Positions 1-9,000 of a DNA stretch of 20,000 nucleotides are shown here, in pieces. This DNA is from an uncultured virus (IMG/VR IMGVR_UViG_3300029448_000020). Lineage: Duplodnaviria; Heunggongvirae; Uroviricota; Caudoviricetes; Crassvirales. How positions within the stretch are numbered: the first letter of the stretch is position 1; each line of letters begins with the position of its first letter. The notes below the pieces were generated by a model. That model did no database searches and was not told where the DNA came from. It saw nothing but the letters and a program-made list of their open reading frames with translations. A program made the position numbers and the translations under genes. The stretch is from IMG/VR virus record IMGVR_UViG_3300029448_000020, positions 47,198 to 67,197 of that record; one strand, 5' to 3'.

Positions 1-1
1 T

Positions 2-682
2 AATAGGTACAACCTTGTCAGTAAACATCTTTTTAGCATCGGCACCTGTTTTAGATAATATACCAAATCTACTATCACTTGATATTGTAGCTTGATTAAC
101 TGTTTCAGATGAACTCATAAAAGAAAAACCAGAACGTCTATTCTTTAAATAACACATTCCATAACTTCTATTATCTGCTTTGCAAGCCTCCCAAAATATA
201 AAGAACAATCTGTTTGCCTCTCTAAAATCTGGAGCTCCAACATCAATCTTACTCCACTGTAGATACATATAATGTGTACCTGTTAAATATGTTGATTTAC
301 CATTATTCATAAACCAAAAACCCTCTTCTCTTCTTTTAAACTCTTCGTCTATATATCCATAATGTTTTTCTTTAAAATCATCTGGATAATCTTGCCAATC
401 AAATACCGTTTTAATTCTTTTAAAATCAGGGTTAGGTGGAAATTGTTTCCACTTTTGCTCTGATTGTGTATCACTACAAGAATAAACTTTATTTGGTTGT
501 TTTGGTAAAGCTATTTGAAAACCTTGTATTTCAATAATATCACCAATCATTCCTGTTTTAGATATTACAACAATATCGTTTTCTTTGTTATAACCATACT
601 CCCACTTTTTAGACTTGTTAAGTCTTTTTATAGTGTTTTCTTTTATAGGATTTACAATCTTATATAGTGTTTGTTTATACAT
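2..682 (-). CDS. terL: Terminase large subunit, N-terminal part (runs off the window start)
   Basis: Not in the ORF track. ATG at 682-680 overlaps the upstream TAA (TAATG). Translation MYKQTLYKIVNPIK...YLTGTHYMYLQW...MCYLKNRRSGFSFM...GILSKTGADAKKMFTDKVVPI contains a terminase-type Walker A (KNRRSGFS). Confidence 0.85.
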   Translation of the reverse strand, partial: MYKQTLYKIVNPIKENTIKRLNKSKKWEYGYNKENDIVVISKTGMIGDIIEIQGFQIALPKQPNKVYSCSDTQSEQKWKQFPPNPDFKRIKTVFDWQDYPDDFKEKHYGYIDEEFKRREEGFWFMNNGKSTYLTGTHYMYLQWSKIDVGAPDFREANRLFFIFWEACKADNRSYGMCYLKNRRSGFSFMSSSETVNQATISSDSRFGILSKTGADAKKMFTDKVVPI

Positions 683-957
683 TATTTAGATCTTCCTTCT
701 GCGAATCCTTTAAAAGCTGTTTTCTTTTCTTCTTCTATAGGTTTTCCTTCTAACATTGCTTCTTCTTCGTGGATTCTGTTTAATATTTCAAAAGCATCGA
801 ATATAGCTAGTTTCTTTGTAGCTGCAGCATTCTTTAATCTATCTGCTGATATATCTTCGTCTGAATCAACTATTTCTTCTCTAGCAACTTTAATTAGCTC
901 TTCAACTGCTTTGTGCCCAGCTTGGATTATATTCTTCTTCGTTTCCTTGATATTCAT
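682..957 (-). CDS. Probable terminase small subunit
   Basis: 91-aa helical protein (ADRLKNAAATKKLAIFDAFEIL...GFAEGRSK) directly upstream of, and translationally coupled to, terL. Confidence 0.55.
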   Translation of the reverse strand: MNIKETKKNIIQAGHKAVEELIKVAREEIVDSDEDISADRLKNAAATKKLAIFDAFEILNRIHEEEAMLEGKPIEEEKKTAFKGFAEGRSK

Positions 958-1489
958 ATTTAATTGTAATAAATTTATTTAAAACCCTATATAATCTTTC
1001 TCCATTAATAACGAACTCATATTCACTACTTGGATTAAAACCGATTAATTCTTCTTTTTTAAAAGTTCCATCAGAATATTTAATTACTCCAACTAATGGT
1101 CTTTCTTCATCTGCATTAAATTTACTTACAGACTTAATGGGTTTTACAAAACTATAACCAGGTGTAGCAATCCAATTGTTTCTTTTGTATAAATATATTT
1201 GATCTGATGATATTATATACTTATCTTCTTTCCAATAAGATCTACTATTTTTTTCAACACCTTTCATATTTAGCCATCTTCTAAATATGTTGTGGTGTAC
1301 TATTACCTCATCACCCACGTTAATAGGTGATTGAAATAATAGTGGAGTAGCGATTACTTTTGCTTTTCTATTTACGTATTGATGATTAAATATTTCTGTA
1401 TTAAGCACTAGTTCTTTATCACCAACTTTTTTAGAATTATTATAACGTTTACCAATAGGCGACACTATAAACTCTTTGTAAGCTTTCAT
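902..1489 (-). CDS. Tandem GroES-like (double Cpn10-domain) protein
   Basis: Both halves resemble the GroES beta-barrel: KAKVIATP...INVGDEVIVHHN and PGYSFVKP...VGVIKYSDG...EELIGF...YEFVINGERLYRV. Confidence 0.55.
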   Translation of the reverse strand: MKAYKEFIVSPIGKRYNNSKKVGDKELVLNTEIFNHQYVNRKAKVIATPLLFQSPINVGDEVIVHHNIFRRWLNMKGVEKNSRSYWKEDKYIISSDQIYLYKRNNWIATPGYSFVKPIKSVSKFNADEERPLVGVIKYSDGTFKKEELIGFNPSSEYEFVINGERLYRVLNKFITIKYEYQGNEEEYNPSWAQSS

Positions 1490-1719
1490 TAGTATTCTAA
1501 ATTATACTCAATAGATATAGCCATATTTTTATTAAAATCTTTCCAAGGTATAACTATATCACCTTTTCTAATATAAATACAGTATTTGTCTTCTTCTTCT
1601 ACTATATCACAGATTTTATGACCTCCATACACTTCCTGTCCAACAGAGTAGTGCATGGAATCATTTTTGTAATCTTTACCTATAGTAATTTTTCTGATGA
1701 TATTATTTTTCATCTTCAT
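1489..1719 (-). CDS. Hypothetical phage protein
   Basis: 76-aa ORF coupled to its neighbours (IRKITIGKDYKNDSMHYSVGQEVYGGH...ISIEYNLEY). Confidence 0.75.
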   Translation of the reverse strand: MKMKNNIIRKITIGKDYKNDSMHYSVGQEVYGGHKICDIVEEEDKYCIYIRKGDIVIPWKDFNKNMAISIEYNLEY

Positions 1720-1987
1720 TTTCTTTAGGCCAATTTATAGTTCCGTCAGTTAAGTTTATATCATAACTACCATACTCCTTTACCATCTTATCTTGAACCA
1801 TTGATATAGTATCGTTGCCTAAAGCCAGTTCGTGTAGAAGTTTATGTTTTTGAGATTCTAATCTACCAATATTAAATTGCAAAGCGTTAATTTTGTTTGC
1901 TATTGCTAACATTTCATCTAAGTGTTCTTTTGAAACCTTTTCTTTTCTTTCTACTACGTCTAATATTTTTTCTTTTGTTTTTGCCAT
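1703..1987 (-). CDS. Hypothetical coiled-coil protein
   Basis: 94-aa ORF with heptad pattern and C-terminal KEYGSYDINLTDGTI; A-rich leader. Confidence 0.7.
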   Translation of the reverse strand: MAKTKEKILDVVERKEKVSKEHLDEMLAIANKINALQFNIGRLESQKHKLLHELALGNDTISMVQDKMVKEYGSYDINLTDGTINWPKENEDEK

Positions 1988-2016
1988 TGTATTTAATTTT
2001 ATTTAATTATATTTAT

Positions 2017-2367
2017 TTATCTACATAGTGTTCTAGCTGTAATAACGCCAGCACTATTTACTTGTATGTTAAAGTATGTTACTACGCCATCGAATATTCT
2101 ATAATGGCCAGCAGTAAATGTATTTGGGTTTCTAGCTCGCTTTGATTTATACATTATATCATTAACAGCTGGTACCGAGGCACCTCCGTTATAATAATAA
2201 GTTATATTAGTTGCAGGCGCACTTCTACAAGTATCACTTGCAGCTTGAACTGATCCTGCTATAGAACGGTAGTCTTTTGCAGCTACAACTTCTTTACGTC
2301 TTTTTACTAATACAGGTTTATTCTTACCTCTAGATTGAACAGATGAGTTTGCGTTACCTAGTGCCAT
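2017..2367 (-). CDS. Hypothetical protein, possibly virion-associated
   Basis: Likely start is MALGNANSS at 2367 (TAATG overlap with the upstream stop) rather than the ORF-track start at 2430. Confidence 0.65.
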   Translation of the reverse strand: MALGNANSSVQSRGKNKPVLVKRRKEVVAAKDYRSIAGSVQAASDTCRSAPATNITYYYNGGASVPAVNDIMYKSKRARNPNTFTAGHYRIFDGVVTYFNIQVNSAGVITARTLCR

Positions 2368-2702
2368 TAGTACCCGAAATAAAATATTACACCTCCTGCA
2401 GTTGAAGCTGGTGGAGTAAAACTGTCCCATCTACCATATATTGTTAAACCCGCTGGAAACGATGTAGCTGAATCTGTTTCAGCCGCTCCACCACCATTAC
2501 CAGCTACAGCAGTAGTATGACTAAAATAAGAACTATTAGGATCATCTGTTGATGCTACTAATGTACTTAATACTGTGGCTTCTAAAAAGGTTATAGCTAC
2601 TATTTTTTTCCCAGTTGGAGGTGTTACCTCTACAGCTTCGTCACTAAAACCACTACCTAATTGCCCAAAGTTCCAGGCGGTTGCCGTTGAATTTATTCCC
2701 AT
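2367..2702 (-). CDS. Small Ala/Thr/Gly-rich putative structural protein
   Basis: 111 aa with beta-rich composition (FPAGLTIYGRW), located in the late arm. Confidence 0.55.
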   Translation of the reverse strand: MGINSTATAWNFGQLGSGFSDEAVEVTPPTGKKIVAITFLEATVLSTLVASTDDPNSSYFSHTTAVAGNGGGAAETDSATSFPAGLTIYGRWDSFTPPASTAGGVIFYFGY

Positions 2703-2714
2703 TTTATTATTTTT

Positions 2715-3131
2715 TTATTTTTGTTCTTGATTCTTTTTAGCCGATCCACCGAAAAAGAAATCGACGACCGTATTGACTTTTGCGCTCATTGCGCCAAATA
2801 TTGTAGAGATAAAACTTATCTCAAATTCTCCTAAACTTATATCTCCCATCACAAATACTCTAAACATCATAAAGCTTAAACCGAAGTACGCTGCTGTAAA
2901 TAACGTTGCAAGTATTTTTTGAATAAATGCATCGTCTTTGTACATATCCCTAGCGCTCTTTCTGTCTTCGACTTCTTTTGCAAAGGCTTGTTTTTCAGCG
3001 TCGAGTAGTAACCGTTTGAGAGCATGCTTCGCTTCATCTCTTTCTTGGTCTGTCGTAATAATTTGGTCAAGTATTCCTTCTGCATTTTCTACTACTTTGC
3101 CGAATAAGCCACCTATAAATTTTCCAATCAT
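2715..3131 (-). CDS. Holin-like membrane protein (3TM holin type)
   Basis: Amphipathic N-terminus, DRKSARDM motif, two hydrophobic helices and a VVDFFFGGS C-terminal motif typical of 3TM phage holins. Confidence 0.6.
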   Translation of the reverse strand: MIGKFIGGLFGKVVENAEGILDQIITTDQERDEAKHALKRLLLDAEKQAFAKEVEDRKSARDMYKDDAFIQKILATLFTAAYFGLSFMMFRVFVMGDISLGEFEISFISTIFGAMSAKVNTVVDFFFGGSAKKNQEQK

Positions 3132-3568
3132 CTGTTATTGTCTTTTATCATATCATCGATAGACTTATTCATTACCTTATCGGTGTATGACTTGTTATTA
3201 AAAAACACACTCTTTTCTGAAGTAGGTATATCTTCTTCACCTAAGAGTATTCTATAAATTCTACTAATTAAGTGCGAACACTTAAAAGAGGTTTTGAATA
3301 CAGAGTATTTGATGGTTGTTCTATTTCTGTGTCTCCACGTTTCTATCCAACCATTCCTCTTTAATTTTTCCCAACGGTTCTTATCCCAACTCATAGTATA
3401 TGTTCCATTGATAAAATCATTTCTTGTAAAACGCCCCTTGCAATCTAGATATATTAAGAGTTCAAGGTCTGCGTCTGTTAACCCATAAGTCTTACAGGCC
3501 CATTTTCTAACGAGCCTGTAATACTTAAGGATTTGTAAATCACGTAAATCGTGACTAGTTAATCTCAA
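3128..3568 (-). CDS. Hypothetical protein, possible winged-helix DNA-binding protein
   Basis: YGLTDADLELLIYL...LKRNGWIETW resembles a MarR/wHTH pattern; ATGA overlap with the holin gene. Confidence 0.45.
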   Translation of the reverse strand: MRLTSHDLRDLQILKYYRLVRKWACKTYGLTDADLELLIYLDCKGRFTRNDFINGTYTMSWDKNRWEKLKRNGWIETWRHRNRTTIKYSVFKTSFKCSHLISRIYRILLGEEDIPTSEKSVFFNNKSYTDKVMNKSIDDMIKDNNR

Positions 3569-3571
3569 CTA

Positions 3572-3910
3572 CTATGAGTCAAGAGTTATTGCACACGACA
3601 GTATATCTTTGTGTAAAAATATACTATTGATATCATCGCAGACAGTAATTAAACCATCTTTCATGCTACCAGTTGCTGTACATGCTCTAGCTATAGCTTC
3701 AAAAATTGCTTTTTCAACAGCAGTTCCAGCTGTAGTTGTAAGTGTAACTAAATCGTTTTCAGTTCCACCAGCACCAGTACCACCAGCAACACCAGATGAG
3801 AATCTAAGTAGAACAGCTTCGTCTGCGGCACAAGTTACAGCCGCTAATTTTGAAAGCGGGAACATTGCGATGTCATTTTCGGCGTCTACAAATAATAAAA
3901 ATTTTTCCAT
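3572..3910 (-). CDS. Hypothetical protein, putative virion protein
   Basis: 112-aa Ala/Gly/Thr-rich ORF with a long A-rich leader. Confidence 0.6.
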   Translation of the reverse strand: MEKFLLFVDAENDIAMFPLSKLAAVTCAADEAVLLRFSSGVAGGTGAGGTENDLVTLTTTAGTAVEKAIFEAIARACTATGSMKDGLITVCDDINSIFLHKDILSCAITLDS

Positions 3911-4028
3911 TTGTTTATATTTTTATGATTATTAATTAATTGATTTTGATTTTTTGTTTATTGTTTATGGTTTATAGTTTATGTATAATCTACTTTAATA
4001 GATATTACATACTTTTTATAAATAGTAA

Positions 4029-4286
4029 CTATTCTACTATAACTATATCCCTCATGCGTATAACGCGATACATCTCATCTTTATATGAAATATCATGACC
4101 TGCCATAGTATCGTAATATATTACATCACCTCTCGTTACTATTTCAACCATATTACCAACAGATACTATCTTTGCTTTTTTATACCTGTTAGTTTCGTCT
4201 GTTTCATCTGTTAAGATTAAACCTCCAACCTTTTTTGGTCCTTCTTTTACTTTATCTACTATAACGTAGTCATTAATTGCTTGCAT
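4029..4286 (-). CDS. groES: Co-chaperonin GroES (Cpn10)
   Basis: AINDYVIV...KKVGGLIL (mobile loop)...KIVSVG...GDVIYY...YRVIRMRDIV; adjacent to groEL. Confidence 0.9.
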   Translation of the reverse strand: MQAINDYVIVDKVKEGPKKVGGLILTDETDETNRYKKAKIVSVGNMVEIVTRGDVIYYDTMAGHDISYKDEMYRVIRMRDIVIVE

Positions 4287-5838
4287 TTTCTATTCTTATA
4301 TTTGAAATTACACAATCTGCTGACATCACAGTTAAAGCTACACTTACAGCATTTTTAAGCGCGGACTTAGTTACTAATACTGGATCAATAATACCTTCAT
4401 CAATCATTTTAACAAATGCACCATTTATTACATTACAACCATAACCTTCTTTCATACCAGTGTTAAGTTTTAATCCAGCATTTTCCATTATAGTTGCAAA
4501 CGGTGAAGATAATGATTTTAATAATACGTTTCCAGCTTTATTGGTTTTTATTTTTTGACTAGCGTTAAGAAGAGCAATACCACCACCTGGGACGATACCT
4601 TCTTTCAGGGCCGCTTTCGTAGCGTATATTGCATCTTCTATTCTATCTTTCTTTTCTTTTAGTTCAACCTTAGAATTAGCACCTACTTTAATCATTCCAA
4701 CACTACCTGATAATGTAGCTAATCTTTGTTCTAGTTTCTTTTTAATAAAACCATTCTTCTCTTCAGCTAACTTAGTATTTAACTCATCTATTCTACCTTC
4801 TATCTCGTCTGTCATTCCTTCTAGCGTTAAAATAGTATCTTTATCATTTGTAATAGAAAACTCAGCTTCACCTAAGTGTTCTGGCTTCATAAGATCTAAA
4901 TCATCACCAAGTTCTTCATTTAATACTGTAGCACCGGTTAATATAGCTAAATCCTCTATAGCATCTTTCTTTGTTGGTCCAAAACCTGGAGAATCTATTA
5001 TATTAATCTTTATATTACCTTTAACTTTATTCATTAATAATGCAGATTTAACTGATTGAGCAACTGGTGCTACTATTAGTAATGATCTATTGTTTTTAAT
5101 AACATACTCTAATATTGACTGTATTTTACGAATATTCGGTATTTCAGATGAACATGTTAAAACAAGAGGGTTATCTAGTTCACATGTATGTTTTTCTGTA
5201 TTTGTAACAAAGTGAGGTGATGTTAGTCCACAGTCTATTTGAACACCATCAACTATCTCAACATAAGTATCTTCAGTTGGTGACTCTTCCATAAGTACAA
5301 CTCCATTTTTACCAACCTTGTCATAAGCTTCAGCAATTATCTTGCCTAGCTCTTTATCGTTGTTACATGATATAGAACTAACAGAAGATAGCATATCACC
5401 TTCTACTTCAACTGATATATTGTTTAAGTAGCTAATGACACTATCTAGTGTTTCATTTACTCCATCTTTAATTTCTCTTATTGTAAGACCATCTGCGACT
5501 GCAGCGTCTATTTGTTTGATTAGTGCTTCTGCTAGCACTGTAGCTGTTGTAGTTCCATCACCAGCTTCTTTAACTGTGTTTCTGGCAGCTTCTTTTATGA
5601 GTGTTGCACCCATATTCTCAACCGGATCATACAAGACTACGCTCTCTGCAACGGTTACTCCATCTTTTGTAATGACCGGTTTGCCTCTCCCATCTTCGTA
5701 GATAACACATTTTCCTGATGCACCTAACGTAGATTTAACGGCTTGGGCTAATTTATTAACTCCAGTGATAACCTTATCTTTAGCTTCACCACCAAAGTTT
5801 AGGTTTTTCACCAATTCACTTGGTAAGTTATATTCCAT
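4273..5838 (-). CDS. groEL: Chaperonin GroEL (Cpn60), phage-encoded
   Basis: [46 protein letters not shown] and GIIDP motifs; no C-terminal GGM tail. Confidence 0.97.
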   Translation of the reverse strand: MEYNLPSELVKNLNFGGEAKDKVITGVNKLAQAVKSTLGASGKCVIYEDGRGKPVITKDGVTVAESVVLYDPVENMGATLIKEAARNTVKEAGDGTTTATVLAEALIKQIDAAVADGLTIREIKDGVNETLDSVISYLNNISVEVEGDMLSSVSSISCNNDKELGKIIAEAYDKVGKNGVVLMEESPTEDTYVEIVDGVQIDCGLTSPHFVTNTEKHTCELDNPLVLTCSSEIPNIRKIQSILEYVIKNNRSLLIVAPVAQSVKSALLMNKVKGNIKINIIDSPGFGPTKKDAIEDLAILTGATVLNEELGDDLDLMKPEHLGEAEFSITNDKDTILTLEGMTDEIEGRIDELNTKLAEEKNGFIKKKLEQRLATLSGSVGMIKVGANSKVELKEKKDRIEDAIYATKAALKEGIVPGGGIALLNASQKIKTNKAGNVLLKSLSSPFATIMENAGLKLNTGMKEGYGCNVINGAFVKMIDEGIIDPVLVTKSALKNAVSVALTVMSADCVISNIRIENASN

Positions 5839-5884
5839 GGTATTATATTTTATTTGATTAAATTAAATTGTCTTGTAGGTATTA

Positions 5885-6217
5885 TCACCTATTCTTTTTC
5901 AAATTAAGCATTTTTCTTAATAATTTTGCTTCAGGGTCTTTTGGGTCCATACCTCTTAGCTGTTCTCTTATTTTATTTTTTTGCATCTCATTAAGAGGTT
6001 TAGCTACATTTTTGTTGTATTGATGAACTTTTCTCCTATGTTTTCTTTCTTGCTTCTTAGTCATTTTATCAGTATCATCATCTCTCACTATATCCTCATT
6101 TTGATCTTTTAAAAACTTTATATCTTCTTTAGTATAGTGCTTTGGATATTTCTTCTTAGGTGGATCAGTTCTCTTTAATAATGGAGATTTTCCAAAAAAT
6201 TTACTTTTAAACGTCAT
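5885..6217 (-). CDS. Lys-rich hypothetical protein (SP-motif family)
   Basis: 110-aa ORF starting MTFKSKFFGKSPL. Confidence 0.65.
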   Translation of the reverse strand: MTFKSKFFGKSPLLKRTDPPKKKYPKHYTKEDIKFLKDQNEDIVRDDDTDKMTKKQERKHRRKVHQYNKNVAKPLNEMQKNKIREQLRGMDPKDPEAKLLRKMLNLKKNR

Positions 6218-6584
6218 TGTTGTTATTTTTTTGTTCTTGTTCTTTTTCTAACTCTTTTCTTGCTTTTTTCTGTTTTCTTTTTTGATTTAGGTGTTTTCCT
6301 ATTTTATAAGCTCCATGCGCAAGTGCTATAGTACCTATTGGTCCTTTTGCAAAACGCAACAATGATTTACCAGGTGTTTTTAAAGCTTGAATACCTTTTC
6401 CAACAGCTATAGCACCAGTGGCACCTAAAACTGCTTTTCCAGCAACAGGTGCAGATTTAAATGAATCAACTGCCATGTTAGCTATATGTGGTGCCATTTT
6501 GTAACCAATAGCACCTGTAATCAAATGTTGAGCAATTGATTTAAATGGGGATTTTTTAAGAAATTTTTTACTAAATTTTGACAT
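6207..6584 (-). CDS. Basic hypothetical protein (SP-motif family)
   Basis: 125-aa ORF starting MSKFSKKFLKKSPF, with Gly/Ala-rich amphipathic segments. Confidence 0.65.
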   Translation of the reverse strand: MSKFSKKFLKKSPFKSIAQHLITGAIGYKMAPHIANMAVDSFKSAPVAGKAVLGATGAIAVGKGIQALKTPGKSLLRFAKGPIGTIALAHGAYKIGKHLNQKRKQKKARKELEKEQEQKNNNNDV

Positions 6585-6585
6585 G

Positions 6586-6831
6586 TTATTTATATTGTTC
6601 GTTTTGACTTAATGCAAATTTAGCACCTGCAGATCCTCTTCCGCCTCGAGCTGCTAATGCATGATTTTTAGCTTCAACAGGATCTTGCCCAGCTCTAACT
6701 TCATATGCTGTCATTGGTGATTTTTTTCTACAGCTACCTTTACTATAAGCTTTTTTACCTGGAGTAGGTTCATAACCTTTCCAACATCTAGATTTAGTAA
6801 AAGGACTCCAGCCTGATTGTTCGTATGCCAT
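6586..6831 (-). CDS. Small basic protein with CWKGY motif (SP-motif family)
   Basis: MAYEQSGWSPF...RCWKGYEPTPGKKAYSKGSCRKKSPM. Confidence 0.65.
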   Translation of the reverse strand: MAYEQSGWSPFTKSRCWKGYEPTPGKKAYSKGSCRKKSPMTAYEVRAGQDPVEAKNHALAARGGRGSAGAKFALSQNEQYK

Positions 6832-6836
6832 ACTTT

Positions 6837-7313
6837 TTAATTTTTATCGTATTGCTCGTTACCATAACTACCTGGTCCTGTTTCCATCATTTTTTGTAGC
6901 TCTCTTAGTCTTTTAAGTTCAGCATCTGTAATAGTACCAGCATCTTTTTTAGCCTGTAGCATTTTAACAGTGTCATGAGGTGATTTCTTCTTTATTTTAG
7001 GAACCTTCTTGTCATTCTTCTTCATCATAGGTGAAGTTATTTGTCCCGCGAATCCATGATCTGGATTTGCTTTCATTTCACCTTTAGTTCTCTTCTTCAT
7101 TGGTGAATCTAGGATTTTTTTCTGTAAGTGCTCTGGTAGTTGATCTTGATCACCTACTAAAGGTTTACTCATTGGAGATGCATCATATTGCTGTATTCCA
7201 CCCATAGCTTTAAATGGAAAACCTTCTCCAGTTTTTTTATTAGGACTGTGTTTCATTTTAAAACCACTAGGTTTGCCCATAAAACCGTCAGTATCTTTTT
7301 TAAATGTTGGCAT
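6837..7313 (-). CDS. Lys/Met-rich protein with repeated SP motifs
   Basis: GFKMKHSP, ASPM, DSPM, TSPM and KSPH within 158 aa. Confidence 0.7.
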   Translation of the reverse strand: MPTFKKDTDGFMGKPSGFKMKHSPNKKTGEGFPFKAMGGIQQYDASPMSKPLVGDQDQLPEHLQKKILDSPMKKRTKGEMKANPDHGFAGQITSPMMKKNDKKVPKIKKKSPHDTVKMLQAKKDAGTITDAELKRLRELQKMMETGPGSYGNEQYDKN

Positions 7314-7331
7314 AGTTTTGTTTTTTATTAT

Positions 7332-7733
7332 TTAATATTTATTTTTATGTTTTCCCATTGGAGAAGGGCGTGGTCTGTCTCTATTAACTAAATCACTCAT
7401 TCTTTTTCTATCATCTAATCTATCTAACTCTTGATCTTCCTTCGCCATTTGTCTTCTTTTAGCACTAGCCTCAGGGTTTTCAAGCATTTTCTCAAGATTT
7501 TTTATTTTTCTTTGTTTTCTTGCTATACCTCTAGTTACACCTTTATCTTCTTTTCTTTTTATACCTTTCTTTTTTCTATCAATCTTTTTTTGTAAATATT
7601 CTTTCTCCGCTTCAACATCAACATCTTGCGAAGCATATCTCATTTCTATTTCTCGTTTATCTCGCTGATACTGCATGTCTTTCGCAGAATCAGGTCTACT
7701 AAAAGCTTCAAAACCTCTCATTTTAAATGCCAT
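7332..7733 (-). CDS. Basic coiled-coil protein (MAFKM family)
   Basis: Starts MAFKMRGF and ends PSPMGKHKNKY. Confidence 0.7.
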   Translation of the reverse strand: MAFKMRGFEAFSRPDSAKDMQYQRDKREIEMRYASQDVDVEAEKEYLQKKIDRKKKGIKRKEDKGVTRGIARKQRKIKNLEKMLENPEASAKRRQMAKEDQELDRLDDRKRMSDLVNRDRPRPSPMGKHKNKY

Positions 7734-7751
7734 AATTGTTTTTTTAAATTG

Positions 7752-8123
7752 TTATTCTTTTTCAGCCTGTATTGCTGATTGTTCCCATGGATGATCTGGA
7801 TGTCCCTCAGGTAATCTGCCAGCGGGTCCATCTATAACCTTTTCTCCATCAACTTCTTTTCTAAAGTATATTTTATCTTCCCACATAACCCACTCATCAC
7901 CATACTGTGCTCTTCCAGATTCCATGTCGTTCATGTGTTTGAGTTCGTGTTTTATTGTTTTGTTGTACTTTTCTGTGCCTTCTTTTAATTGAGGATCTAC
8001 AAATATAGTACCATCGTTATTGGCTTCAGCTAAAATACTACCTTCTAAATCTTTTTTTATTATAGGTGTATTTTGTGGGGTACGATATCCTCTTCCTTCA
8101 TTTCCTAGTTTAAATTTAGCCAT
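7752..8123 (-). CDS. Putative zinc metallopeptidase (HExxH)
   Basis: AEANNDGTIFV...IKHELKHMNDM...HPWEQSA: HExxH plus a downstream Glu as possible third ligand. Confidence 0.6.
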   Translation of the reverse strand: MAKFKLGNEGRGYRTPQNTPIIKKDLEGSILAEANNDGTIFVDPQLKEGTEKYNKTIKHELKHMNDMESGRAQYGDEWVMWEDKIYFRKEVDGEKVIDGPAGRLPEGHPDHPWEQSAIQAEKE

Positions 8124-8125
8124 AA

Positions 8126-8989
8126 TTACATATCGTTTTCTTCTCTATAGTTTTCTATAAATTCACTTAATTTTTCAATTTCTTCATCTGTAGGATTACC
8201 TAATGCTTGTCTATCCTCTTCAGTTAAACCACCTTCTTCCTCACTTTTACCAAGAAACTTTTGATATCTTTTGAGTTGCTCCATACCAGTTTCACCCCAC
8301 ACTTTACCAGTTTTTGCTGTATATTGTTCTTTTTCAGCATCTGATTGTTCTCTAAATCCACGTTGAGTTGCTAGTCCTTTTTTCCACTCAGCTAGTGATG
8401 AGTGAACACCGTTGAGATTTAAATCTTTTCCAGAATGTATTTGTCCATCGTTATACATTCTTTCTTTACCCATCCAATCTGTTCCAGATTCTATCCCAAA
8501 TGAATAACCTTTACTTAAATCAAAATTTAATAATGATGCATCACCACCTTTCTGTCTAACTAAATTAGCTTGGTTTCTCATGAACTGTTGGAATTGAGGA
8601 GTATTATATACAGCTTCAAAATGTACACCTTGAGGCCCTGGATGCGATCCTGTTCCACTGGCAGTTGTTCCAGCGGGCGCTTGCATTCTGAATGCTCGCA
8701 TATATAATTCTTCCCCAATACGTTGTTGAGCCATTTGCTCTAATGTTAACTCTGTTGGTTCACCATAACGACCTGGATTATTTATTGAACCAAATCTTTG
8801 CCCGTATTTCCACCACTTAAGTTGTAAGCCGATGCCAGTTTTATTAAGTTTTGGTAACCACTTACCTCTACCAGACTTTTGCATTTGATTCTGGTATTGT
8901 ACATACTCTGCTGCATTTTCTTGTTCAGAAATTTGCATCGGTGAGTCCTTTTTTCGTGGTTTTGGAAAACCTTTTTGCTTATACGCCAT
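8126..8989 (-). CDS. Hypothetical protein (MAFKM family)
   Basis: 287-aa ORF starting MAYKQKGFP...DSPM. Confidence 0.7.
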   Translation of the reverse strand: MAYKQKGFPKPRKKDSPMQISEQENAAEYVQYQNQMQKSGRGKWLPKLNKTGIGLQLKWWKYGQRFGSINNPGRYGEPTELTLEQMAQQRIGEELYMRAFRMQAPAGTTASGTGSHPGPQGVHFEAVYNTPQFQQFMRNQANLVRQKGGDASLLNFDLSKGYSFGIESGTDWMGKERMYNDGQIHSGKDLNLNGVHSSLAEWKKGLATQRGFREQSDAEKEQYTAKTGKVWGETGMEQLKRYQKFLGKSEEEGGLTEEDRQALGNPTDEEIEKLSEFIENYREENDM

Positions 8990-9000
8990 ATTGCTATTGT

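Noticed and set aside
4029..5838. groEL/groES as evidence of a bacterial chromosome
   Set aside because: The sequence is divergent, the gene order is reversed, there is no GGM tail, and the genes sit among terminase, holin-like and other phage genes.
6586..6860. Similar C-termini NEQYK and NEQYDKN in two adjacent genes
   Set aside because: Only four residues match, which could be chance.
8122..8131. ATGTAATTAT on the minus strand as a class II promoter
   Set aside because: It is formed by Met-stop-TT-ATG at a gene junction, has no upstream GTAAAT box, and overlaps the start codon.
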